Virus record (IMG/VR): IMGVR_UViG_2884622180_000001
Coordinates: 3,013-67,012 of that record
Length of the DNA: 64,000 nucleotides
Direction: 5' to 3' (one strand)
From: a virus
Lineage: Duplodnaviria > Caudoviricetes
In this document: one piece after another, positions 40,765 through 50,200 of the stretch
Layout of the letters: the number at the start of each line of letters is the position of its first letter
How positions within the stretch are numbered: the stretch's first letter is position 1
Notes under the pieces: generated by a model
Told to the model about the DNA's origin: nothing
Seen by the model: only the letters and a program-made list of their open reading frames with translations
Database searches by the model: none
Program-made: the position numbers and the translations under genes

Positions 40765-41802
40765 ATGACACATGACCGATCGAACCTCATTACCGAATAT
40801 GTAAGGACACATCCTGCATCATCCTCGACGGAAATATTCGAAGGGACCGGACGTATCGCAGCCTATGCCACGATAGGGCGCGATCTGGCAAAGTTGGTAT
40901 CCAACGGCGTATTGTCTGTAACAGGCAAAGGCAAGGCGAGCCGTTATTCGCTGTCGCCCGTATACGAATTGTCACAGCCGGTCGATCTGGACGTATATTT
41001 CAGCCGTGAGATCGACCAAAGGCAAATACACGACGGATATAATTTCTCCCTGATCGAAACGCTGGCGTCCGTACCTCTGTTTACGGAAGCCGAATCACAG
41101 CGGCTCGCAGCGCAGCAGGCCCTGTTTGCAGACAACATATCGAAACTCACATCGGCCGGATACCGAAAGGAAATGGAACGGCTGGGTGTGGACCTGAGCT
41201 GGAAATCGTCCCAGATAGAGGGCAACACCTATTCATTGCTCGAGACCGAGAGGCTGCTGCTGGAAAAAGAGACGGCGGCGGGAAAAAGCAAGGAAGAGGC
41301 CGTGATGCTGCTCAATCACAAGGAAGCCCTCGATTTCATTCTCGACAATCCCGATTACCTGTCGGAACTCACGATGGCCAAGATCGAGACCATCCACTCG
41401 ATTCTGGTTAAAGAACTGGACGTGGACTGCAATATCCGTACACGCCGTGTCGGTATTACGGGAACGAACTACCGTCCGCTGGACAACGAATTTCAGATCA
41501 GGGAGGCATTGGAGCAGACCTGCCGTCTGGTAAACGGCAGGTCGTCCGTATTCGAGCGGGCGCTGCTTATCCTCCTGCTGCTATCCTACATCCAGCCGTT
41601 CAATGACGGGAACAAACGTACGGCGCGCATCGTAAGCAATGCCTCCCTGATCGCCGAGGGCTATTGTCCGCTCTCGTTCCGAACGGTGGATTCGATAGAT
41701 TACAAGAAGGCCATGTTGCTGTTCTACGAACAGAACAATATTTCAGCCTTCAAACAGATCTTTATCGAGCAGTTCATATTTGCTGTTAAAACTTACTTCT
41801 GA
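40765..41802 (+). CDS. Fic family protein with N-terminal HTH
   Basis: SSQIEGN inhibitory motif; QPFNDGNKRTAR Fic motif with Gln in place of the canonical His. Confidence 0.85.
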   Translation: MTHDRSNLITEYVRTHPASSSTEIFEGTGRIAAYATIGRDLAKLVSNGVLSVTGKGKASRYSLSPVYELSQPVDLDVYFSREIDQRQIHDGYNFSLIETLASVPLFTEAESQRLAAQQALFADNISKLTSAGYRKEMERLGVDLSWKSSQIEGNTYSLLETERLLLEKETAAGKSKEEAVMLLNHKEALDFILDNPDYLSELTMAKIETIHSILVKELDVDCNIRTRRVGITGTNYRPLDNEFQIREALEQTCRLVNGRSSVFERALLILLLLSYIQPFNDGNKRTARIVSNASLIAEGYCPLSFRTVDSIDYKKAMLLFYEQNNISAFKQIFIEQFIFAVKTYF

Positions 41803-41899
41803 TTCATGATGCTCTCCGACACGATTCGTAGCTCATCAAAAAGTTGACACTGAATGGTATAAAAACAGAGATATAGTTATATAAGATATCAATAGACTG

Positions 41900-43288
41900 A
41901 TGATTACATCTCAACTTAAAATATTCGTCAGCAGCACTATTTTCGATATGCCCAATGAGCGGCAAGCTGCATTTGAGGCCCTCAGAAATATGGGGGCCAT
42001 ACCCATCATGTCGGAATATACGATGGAGGCGGTAAGCGTCGATTCCGTTACTGCCTGCCTGAATAAAGTAAAAGAATCCGATATATATATTCTGATTGTC
42101 GGCGGTCGTTATGGCTGGCAGCCTTATGGCAAAGAATCCATAACCGAATTAGAGTATAATACCGCTCTTGAAAATAAATTGCCGATTATCGTATTCAACA
42201 CTACGTATCATAAAGAGGATGCTCAGGAACAATTTTTCAAAAAGGTAGAGTCGAAATATTTTCGGAAGACGGTTCAGAATGCGTTTGAACTGAAAGATGA
42301 GATTGAAAAATCGGTTAAATCCGAAATAGAAAAACGACGGGAACAATTTTTTAATAAGCAAGAATTCATATACACCAGTCTTGTTGAAATTCAATTTCCA
42401 AAAACATTGTTTATCGCGAATTTAAGTGTCAATAAAAAAGAGATAAATGAGTATAATAGAGAACGTAAACGTTATAAGAAAAAACCGTCGCTTTTCGATT
42501 ATGCGGTGTCTGCATTGCATATGAAAGATATAAGTTTTCCGAGAGATTGGATAATTGATGGAAAATCACTTATAACCTTTCATAATTTGCACGATACGTC
42601 AATGCCTCTTCGAGAGATTATCGATGCTGGTACCATAGAGGAAATTGGCTGCGATGAGTTTTATACGCTTTCCAATAAGAATGAGGCCACGTTTAGATAC
42701 TTGTTACGACGATGTTTTGAAACAAAAGTTCATAAGGAAAAAATCAAATGGATCAAAACAGCAGGATTATTCGCGTTTATTCCTATAGATAAAGATGCCA
42801 ATGGCAACTGGTGTGCAAGGTGTATCAGTTGGCAAAAGACTAAGAAAAAAGCTACGCGAACCGTGGTCGATCCGAAACCGGATCTAAAAGACAGAAGTAA
42901 AATATTTAATCTTAAATGTTTGGCATTCAGGGTGAAATTTGAATTTCTCAATACAAAATGGTATTTGAATTTGAAGCCAGACTGGATTTTCCTGTGGAAC
43001 GACCTAACCGAATGTACTCTGGCGTTCGAGAAGGTACAATACCTGAAGCGTGTTGAACGAAACGTTATCATATTCAATCACTTTAACTTCATACTCAGTC
43101 AGTTACAACCTTCGACTTCGAATAAACTTTTCCCGGAGATGAATGATTATCCTTTCTTAATTTTAGGATCGATCTTGAAGTTCGAATTCTCTCCGGTAGT
43201 TAATGACGATATCTGGGTCAATCTCGAAGATGGCAAACAGCGGGAAAAGTTGACGGATAAAGAAGGCAATGTCAATTTATTCAGTTAA
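41900..43288 (+). CDS. DUF4062-APAZ fusion; partner/effector of the short pAgo
   Basis: N-term KIFVSST..D...ER...DIYILIVGGRYG...SITELEY..A is DUF4062; C-term resembles APAZ (LITFHNL, AFRVKF...WYLNLKPDW, LKRVERN); 3 bp upstream of the pAgo. Confidence 0.75.
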   Translation: MITSQLKIFVSSTIFDMPNERQAAFEALRNMGAIPIMSEYTMEAVSVDSVTACLNKVKESDIYILIVGGRYGWQPYGKESITELEYNTALENKLPIIVFNTTYHKEDAQEQFFKKVESKYFRKTVQNAFELKDEIEKSVKSEIEKRREQFFNKQEFIYTSLVEIQFPKTLFIANLSVNKKEINEYNRERKRYKKKPSLFDYAVSALHMKDISFPRDWIIDGKSLITFHNLHDTSMPLREIIDAGTIEEIGCDEFYTLSNKNEATFRYLLRRCFETKVHKEKIKWIKTAGLFAFIPIDKDANGNWCARCISWQKTKKKATRTVVDPKPDLKDRSKIFNLKCLAFRVKFEFLNTKWYLNLKPDWIFLWNDLTECTLAFEKVQYLKRVERNVIIFNHFNFILSQLQPSTSNKLFPEMNDYPFLILGSILKFEFSPVVNDDIWVNLEDGKQREKLTDKEGNVNLFS

Positions 43289-43291
43289 ACT

Positions 43292-44716
43292 ATGAAAGCA
43301 GAATATATAGAGGAGCCGTTATTGATATTCGGTACAGATAAATGTATTTGTCCTCGCGAGGGGATAACTTCATTTAAAGTTTACGATACGGTTGAACCGG
43401 CCCGAAAAGATCAACTGTCCTTGGGGATTGTCGGCATCGAGGAAGATATCGAAGTTTTTAAAGGATGGCTGAAAAGATTCGAATCCTTTATCCCGTCTGC
43501 GACTTCCAGAAGGCAAAAAGGATTGTTCAAGTCGTTTCCGGGATTTAACAAAGATCATGGATTCTGCGCTCAGTTCGTATATGGCTCTAATTATGAAAGA
43601 TTTCTGTCGAATAACGATATTGACAGTGTATTAAAAACCGGTACATACGAAGAGAAAGTATCGTCAGCCGTCGAGCTGTTCGCCAATAATATACAGTTTT
43701 TGTCGGATATAAAAAATTGTGATGTTGTAATATGCATAATTCCAAAAGTTTTTGAAGGCAAAATTGTCAAAGAAGATATAAATGACGAGCCTGTTGAAAC
43801 TACTGCGGAAGATGTCGCCTGCGCAGAAAAAGAACTGAATTTCCGGAGGGCATTAAAAGCGAGGGCTATGCGGTACAATACTCCCATCCAGTTGATCCGG
43901 GAGTATATCCTGCATGACAACAAAAAATCTCAGGATGCTGCGACAAAAGCATGGAACCTGTGTACGGCCCTTTACTATAAGGGGCTACAAACTATCCCGT
44001 GGAAACTGGACATTGATGAAAACAGGCCCAAGGCATGCTATATCGGAATCGGATTTTACAGGAGCAGGGACAAACAAACTATACAAACGAGTTTGGCACA
44101 AATATTTAACGAAAACGGGAAAGGCGTAATATTGAGAGGAACTCCGGTTTTAGAAGATAAAGACGACAGAATACCTCATTTGACTTATGAGCAATCTTGT
44201 TCCTTGCTCAAGGACGCTTTGAGTAAATATAAATTCGCAACGGGAATCATGCCCGGCAGGATTGTTTTACACAAGACTTCGAAATATTATGAAGATGAAT
44301 TGGATGGATTTGAAAAAGCCTTGCAAGAACTTCAGATAAGCGAGTATGATATTGTGACGGTAATGGAAACAGATATAAGGTTTTTCCGCAACGGCCTTTA
44401 TCCTCCTGTTAGGGGTGCATTGTTTACTCTGGAAGAAAACAGATATATCTTATATACTAGAGGCTCTGTACACCAGTATGAAACCTATCCGGGAATGTAT
44501 ATCCCCTCGCCTCTGGAGATCAGAATCGTTAAGAAATCCTCTTCATATAAAACAATATGCAGGGAAATATTGGGCCTGACAAAAATGAACTGGAACAATA
44601 CTCAATTCGACAACAAATACCCCATTACGATAGGATGCGCCCGAAAAGTAGGAGAGATTATGAAATACCTTAATGATCAAGAGATTCCTAAGGAATCTTA
44701 TGCTTATTATATGTAA
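43292..44716 (+). CDS. Short prokaryotic Argonaute (MID-PIWI, catalytically inactive)
   Basis: YIEEPLLIF start, FPGF, LKARAM..NTPIQ, ALYYKG..IPWKL, CYIGIGF, YTRGSV, EILGLTKMNWN...PITI..ARKVGEI; catalytic Asp positions replaced. Confidence 0.92.
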   Translation: MKAEYIEEPLLIFGTDKCICPREGITSFKVYDTVEPARKDQLSLGIVGIEEDIEVFKGWLKRFESFIPSATSRRQKGLFKSFPGFNKDHGFCAQFVYGSNYERFLSNNDIDSVLKTGTYEEKVSSAVELFANNIQFLSDIKNCDVVICIIPKVFEGKIVKEDINDEPVETTAEDVACAEKELNFRRALKARAMRYNTPIQLIREYILHDNKKSQDAATKAWNLCTALYYKGLQTIPWKLDIDENRPKACYIGIGFYRSRDKQTIQTSLAQIFNENGKGVILRGTPVLEDKDDRIPHLTYEQSCSLLKDALSKYKFATGIMPGRIVLHKTSKYYEDELDGFEKALQELQISEYDIVTVMETDIRFFRNGLYPPVRGALFTLEENRYILYTRGSVHQYETYPGMYIPSPLEIRIVKKSSSYKTICREILGLTKMNWNNTQFDNKYPITIGCARKVGEIMKYLNDQEIPKESYAYYM

Positions 44717-45008
44717 ATTCATATTATGGCAGTCCGGTGTGGCTGAGTACACATTAATGCCGGAATTTCATTCATAAGGTTCCGAATATTGCCATGGTGT
44801 TATGCTCTGCTATTTCATGTAGACCGCACGGAGGAATCGTTTACCGTATGTATGTCGTCGGAATACTTTCCCCGTATATCTTCAAAATCCGATCTGTTTC
44901 CACCTTATCGGCCCGACTTTCACGGCCATGGCGAACAGACCGGGATTTCATCGGTTCTATGCTGTCATTGATCGAGTTTATACTTTTTCAATTCGGAGCA
45001 AAGTCAAG

Positions 45009-45056
45009 GAATATAATCAGGTGTTTGCAAAAAGTTGCAAACACCTGATTATATTC
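45009..45056. repeat. Perfect 22-bp inverted repeat with a 4-nt loop
   Basis: GAATATAATCAGGTGTTTGCAA-aaag-TTGCAAACACCTGATTATATTC upstream of the ATPase gene. Confidence 0.85.
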
Positions 45057-45107
45057 ATGGAAAAAAGTTGTATATTTACGCCATTGTATGTGGAAAAATA
45101 TTGAGAT

Positions 45108-46406
45108 ATGCTCGACCGGAAAATCATAAACAAACTGAAAGAGTGGAAAATATCGACAAACCGGAAGGCTCTGTTGATCAAAGGGGCGAGACAGGTCGGT
45201 AAAACGACCAGCATCCGACATTTCGGAAAAGAGAACTATAAAAATTACATCGAAATCAATTTCGAAAAAACGCCTCTCGCACGTCAGGCATTCTCCGGTA
45301 ACCTCGATGCAAAAACCATTATTCTGAACCTTTCGGCTATGGGATACGGCCCGTTCGAAAAGGGAGAAACGCTGGTGTTCTTCGATGAGATTCAAAGTTG
45401 CCCCGAGGCACGTACCTCCATTAAATTTCTGGTCGAAGACGGCTCTTACGACTATATCGAATCGGGATCGCTGCTCGGAATCAATTACAAGGAGGTGTCC
45501 TCCTATCCGGTAGGTTTCGAGGAGCAGATCGATATGTTCCCCTTGGATTTCGAAGAATTCCTATGGGCGGGTGGCGTTTCGCGTGATGTAATCGCCCTGC
45601 TTCGGCAGGCGTATGAAACGGTTACACCCCTTCCGGACTTTCTGCATGAACAGATCATGACGCATTTCCGACAATTTTTAATCGTCGGGGGGATGCCCGA
45701 AGCGGTAATGACGTTCCTTGCAAACGATGATATCACAAAAACCTTAAAGGTACAAGCCGCGCTTCTAGATGGTTACCGAAACGATATTGCCAAATATGCC
45801 GGAAGCGAGAAACACCTTGCAAAAAAAGTATTCGATGCGATCCCCGAACAATTATGCAAGAAGGATAAGCGGTTCATTTTGGCCAGTCTGGAAAAAGGGG
45901 CGTCACAACGCAAATACGGAGATGCGACAGAATGGCTCGTTGATGCGGGGATCGCCTATTTCTCATTCAATGTCGGAGCATTCGAGTTGCCTTTCTCGTT
46001 TTCAGAGAAGCGCAACCTTTACAAACTCTTCATGCTCGACACGGGACTTTTAAGCAGTATGAGCCTCAAGAATATGCAGTTTCAGGTATTGAACGGAGAG
46101 ATCGATATCAATGAAGGGGCGCTGACCGAGAATTATGTGGCGACGGAGTTGATCAAGAGAGGTATCGGACTGAATTATTATGACAAGAAAAGCAAGCAGG
46201 AACTCGATTTTATTTTTCTCGATGAAAATGTGATTTCCATTATCGAGGTCAAATCAGGAGATAATTACCGACGTCATGCGTCGTTGGATGCCGCAATTGA
46301 TGCTTATGAAGACAAGATCGGCCGGGCCATGGTATTCAGCAAATTCAACGTAGAAAAAACTGCGAATGCAATCTATTATCCGCTTTATATGACAATGTTT
46401 TTATGA
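45108..46406 (+). CDS. AAA+ ATPase with DUF4143-type C-terminal domain
   Basis: GARQVGKT, FFDEIQ, SGSLLG, VGGMPE, KLFMLDTGL, ELDF...IIEVKSG. Confidence 0.85.
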   Translation: MLDRKIINKLKEWKISTNRKALLIKGARQVGKTTSIRHFGKENYKNYIEINFEKTPLARQAFSGNLDAKTIILNLSAMGYGPFEKGETLVFFDEIQSCPEARTSIKFLVEDGSYDYIESGSLLGINYKEVSSYPVGFEEQIDMFPLDFEEFLWAGGVSRDVIALLRQAYETVTPLPDFLHEQIMTHFRQFLIVGGMPEAVMTFLANDDITKTLKVQAALLDGYRNDIAKYAGSEKHLAKKVFDAIPEQLCKKDKRFILASLEKGASQRKYGDATEWLVDAGIAYFSFNVGAFELPFSFSEKRNLYKLFMLDTGLLSSMSLKNMQFQVLNGEIDINEGALTENYVATELIKRGIGLNYYDKKSKQELDFIFLDENVISIIEVKSGDNYRRHASLDAAIDAYEDKIGRAMVFSKFNVEKTANAIYYPLYMTMFL

Positions 46407-46600
46407 AAGGGCACAAAATCACACAGCAGGACTACCTCAAGGCCCACCGCAAGGCGAGCCGCGAGGAGGAGATCGCGCACCACGGCAAGCCCGTCGGGCT
46501 GCGGCCGAAGACGCACCGCTCCAAGAAAACGTATAACCGCAAAAAGGAAAAGACAGGAATCCGCAAGATCCTGCCTTTCTCTTTACCCGTCGCAGCGTAA
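46403..46600 (+). CDS. Small basic hypothetical protein
   Basis: 65 aa; ATGA overlap with the ATPase. Confidence 0.5.
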   Translation: MKGHKITQQDYLKAHRKASREEEIAHHGKPVGLRPKTHRSKKTYNRKKEKTGIRKILPFSLPVAA

Positions 46601-46603
46601 GTA

Positions 46604-46927
46604 TTACAATTCCTGACACGCATCGAAAATCCGCTCGACCGTTCCCCACATATCGTCCGGAAGGGTCTGCTCCGAAAGCCGTTCGCAGGAACTCTTCAGG
46701 AGTTCCAGCTCCTCGCGCGAGAACTCTACCGCCAGCGGGGTCTCCTTCTCAGTATTCCACTCGATACGCCCCGTCTCCTCGACGCGGTGCAGGCCGAGCT
46801 CCTCGCGCTCGGCGTCCGTGATGGCGACCTTCTGCAGGATGCCTTGCTTGATGTTGAACTCCTTATAGGTTCCCTTGTCGGGCAGGAGCGCCGGCAGGTA
46901 GAGCCGGTCTTTAAGTATCAGTTCCAT
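46604..46927 (-). CDS. Phage protein downstream of the tail fibre (possible chaperone)
   Basis: 107-aa ORF ending the fibre operon. Confidence 0.55.
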   Translation of the reverse strand: MELILKDRLYLPALLPDKGTYKEFNIKQGILQKVAITDAEREELGLHRVEETGRIEWNTEKETPLAVEFSREELELLKSSCERLSEQTLPDDMWGTVERIFDACQEL

Positions 46928-46945
46928 GAATATATCGTTAAGTTG

Positions 46946-47227
46946 TTATTTTTTTGCAAATCCCGCGACTATAAGCTGCTGGAATTGCTCGAAGTCTTCA
47001 AAATACGCAGGCAGCGAGCGCTCCGCAGGAAAACTGCATGAGACGGTATCCTGCTCCTGGTAAATCGTACCTATCACATTCGGATTCGTGGCTGAGGAGT
47101 TTTTCTCCATAACCGTGGCCTGGATACGCAATATCTTATCCCCAGAAATCGAGTACTCCACAAGATAAAAGGCGTTGTCGGTTTTCTCTTCGGCGATGCG
47201 GATCACCGTTTCATGCGTTACATTCAT
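46946..47227 (-). CDS. Small protein directly after the tail fibre (possible fibre assembly factor)
   Basis: 93 aa; lower GC than the core. Confidence 0.55.
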   Translation of the reverse strand: MNVTHETVIRIAEEKTDNAFYLVEYSISGDKILRIQATVMEKNSSATNPNVIGTIYQEQDTVSCSFPAERSLPAYFEDFEQFQQLIVAGFAKK

Positions 47228-47286
47228 AACTTATTGTATTTAGATTGCGGTAAAGGTTAGGACTCCCAATCGAAAAAAGGTGACAC

Positions 47287-50200
47287 TTACCATGTATTTC
47301 TTCCAAAAATGATAAACTCAAAAGCCGCAGCATCCGGCTTACCTTCCACTCCAACATTTTGAAGCACAAAGTAGTTTGTACCTTTCTCCAGAAGCCTGTA
47401 AAACCCACGGTAACCGCTATCGCCCAACTGCATGGCCATGACTGTATAATTCGTATGATAAAGGTTATGCATTACTTTATATTTTCCACTGCCGATATGG
47501 GAGAATGAGGAAACCTCGACTCCCTCGCCCCAGATTTTCCGGAAGGTACTGTTATAGCCCGTAGTGTATTTTGAACCAATATAAAGCACTCCGGGGACAT
47601 TCCACCTCTCACCCCCGCGCTGCCCCAACTGCATGGGACCATAGGACTCGATAGCATAGACAGAACCTGCATTGGCAATGATACGGATGCCTCGGGCTCC
47701 CGAAGCGTAGGTCTCGATATTGATGCCTGTACGCGAAGAGTCAGCGCGCATGCTGATCAGCGACGAGCCGCTATTAATGTAGAGTGAGGCATAACCGATC
47801 ATCGAACTGAACTCGATGGAGGAATCTGCAGCCGTATTGACCAGCCTGTTGCCTTTGATGGTGAAGCCTGCGATACTCCCGGCCGAGGCAGTTATTGTTC
47901 CTGTCATTGTGACACTGCCCGCGGTATCCCATGTGATATTACGAGCTGCGAGATGTCCCGAACCATCGTGATTAAAGGAAATAGCCCCGCCGCCAAAGGT
48001 TGCCGAACCGTCGCTTTTTAGGTTCCAGTAATCCTTACCCGTAGAAGGGTCGTCATGGTAGAGAGCTCCCAAAGCAGAAAGACAGACTCGGTGCCCGGAG
48101 GATGTCACAATGGTAGAAACCGAGGAACTGTCAATCGTCCAGCCGCCGATCTTACCTCCGACCGCCGTGATGCCTGTGCGGTCGAGCGTCACCTTGACGG
48201 AATTGCCTGCGTCACGCACCGAGATACTGCCCGCATAGGCGCTTCCGCCAACCACGAGCGCCGAGTCCACCTGAATCTGGTTGGCGCGTATCGTTCCCGT
48301 ATAGATGCCCGTCGAGGAGATGTAGGTCAGCGGATGTCCTTTGAGCGTGGTGTCGTTGCCCTGCGCCAATACGATGAAGCGGTGGCGGCGGATCTCCTCC
48401 TCGACCGTGGCCGTGAGCGTACGCGGCGCCGGAGCGTCAGCCGTCGTGCTTCCGCTCAGAAAAATCCGATCCGAATTGTAGGCAATCTGCGGAGCTGCGG
48501 GGATCGGCGAGGGGCTCATGGCAGAACTCTCGATGGGCTGGTCCGAATAGAGATGATACACGGCTCCTGTCGTGCCTCCGCCGCGCAGGAACACGGCGAA
48601 CATACACCAGTTGCCGCAGTGCGCTGCCCCGGCAAACATACGGCTGTATGCCTCCTGCAGGTCGTAGATGTCCCATGAGTAGCCCGTGCCACCCCAGCCG
48701 CCGAAGTTCGTCTTGATAAGCAGGTTCAGTCCACCCATGTGCGTCGTGCTCCCATTATTCCAGTCCGAAGGCGCCTGCTCGTTGAACGAGCGCCGGATCA
48801 TTATGTCGCGCTGCACGGTCTGATCCCCACCTTTGAAAACGACGGGATAGTATGTCGCAGAGTCGCCGTTGACAACAATCCTCTTGTAGTAGCGGTAGCC
48901 ATAGTTGGCACTCTTGGCGGCTTGGATGTCGTTCTTCCACTGGAGCGACACCGACGCTCCGAACGTCACGGCTCCAGCGGCATTCCACGAAATATTGCCC
49001 GAGGCGATCGAGCCCGAGCCATCGTTATTCAGCTTCCATTTCGAGCCGTTTACGATGGAACCGTCGGCGCCTAACGAGACATTGTTCTTCCAGATGCGCG
49101 TATGATCGAAAGCCCAGCCTGCGATACGGTTGTAGACCTCCTTACTGCCGCTGCGGGCGTAGCTCGTCGAAAGGCAGAAGTATTCCAATCCTTCCCAGCC
49201 CATCATCTGCAATCCGATAAAGCCCGTCTTCACCGTAGTAGGCGTGGCAGCCACCTGTCCGAAGACGAAATGCCCGGCGTTGCCTATCTGTCTCCAAAGC
49301 ATACTGATGCCCAGTGGTTTGTAAGACCCCTCATACCAATATCCCGACCCTACGGATGCCGATCGGATCTGGATCGGCGTGGCACCGTACGTGCCCACAC
49401 TACCCGCCGTAATGTTGTCCGCACCGATCGTCCAGCCACCGATCTTACCCCGCGAGAAAGTGAGCTCCAGACCGTTGATGTAGGAGGCGTTGACAATATT
49501 CGTCTTGATGCTCGCCGCATCGAGTTTGTCGGCCTTGATACTTCCCGCGGCGATACGGTCGGCCGAAAGGGTGCCGGTCTTGATGCTGCCCGCATCGATC
49601 GAAACGGCATTGACCTGCGCGGCCGTCAGCGTCCCGGTATAGATGCCGTTGGCGTCGAGCGTGGTCGTGTATCCTTCCGAGGCCGTGACATCGAAAACCG
49701 TGGCGTAGGCCGTATACCAGACAAGCGGTGCCGCTGCCGTAGGCTCCGCGCCACCCGTCAGCGCAAAATGGTTCAGTGTCCTGAACGGCTCTGCAGTTCC
49801 GCAGACGATCTTGCAGACGTACTCTTCCCATTTGCCCGTTCCTACATTTGATGTAAGCCATCGGGTCGTACCTCCCGTACCGTACGCATTGTGGTAGTTC
49901 TGCAGGGCGCGGCCTATAGGAATCTGCGCGATAAGCCGCACGATAAAGACTGCATTCGCACGGCTCGGCGTGCCGAACAGAAAGCCGCCGGCACGCTTGT
50001 CCGTAGAATTATTCCACCCTGTAGCGGTATATTTGAGGGCATAGCCAGTAGAGTTAGGACAACCCGTCACTTGCTCGATCGTTCGAGTGGTATTGCCCAA
50101 ATAATTACTCGTCCCGTTGTAATGGACACTTCCTTTGAGAAAAAATTCCGGCACGCGGTAGAGCATTTTCCCGAAAGCCATGGCACGGGCCAGCTCCTTG

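Noticed and set aside
43292-44716. Active slicer (long) Argonaute
   Set aside because: No N/PAZ domains and the DEDX catalytic positions are substituted
47287-47600. Diversity-generating retroelement
   Set aside because: No reverse transcriptase and no template-repeat copy found within the window; cannot be excluded outside it
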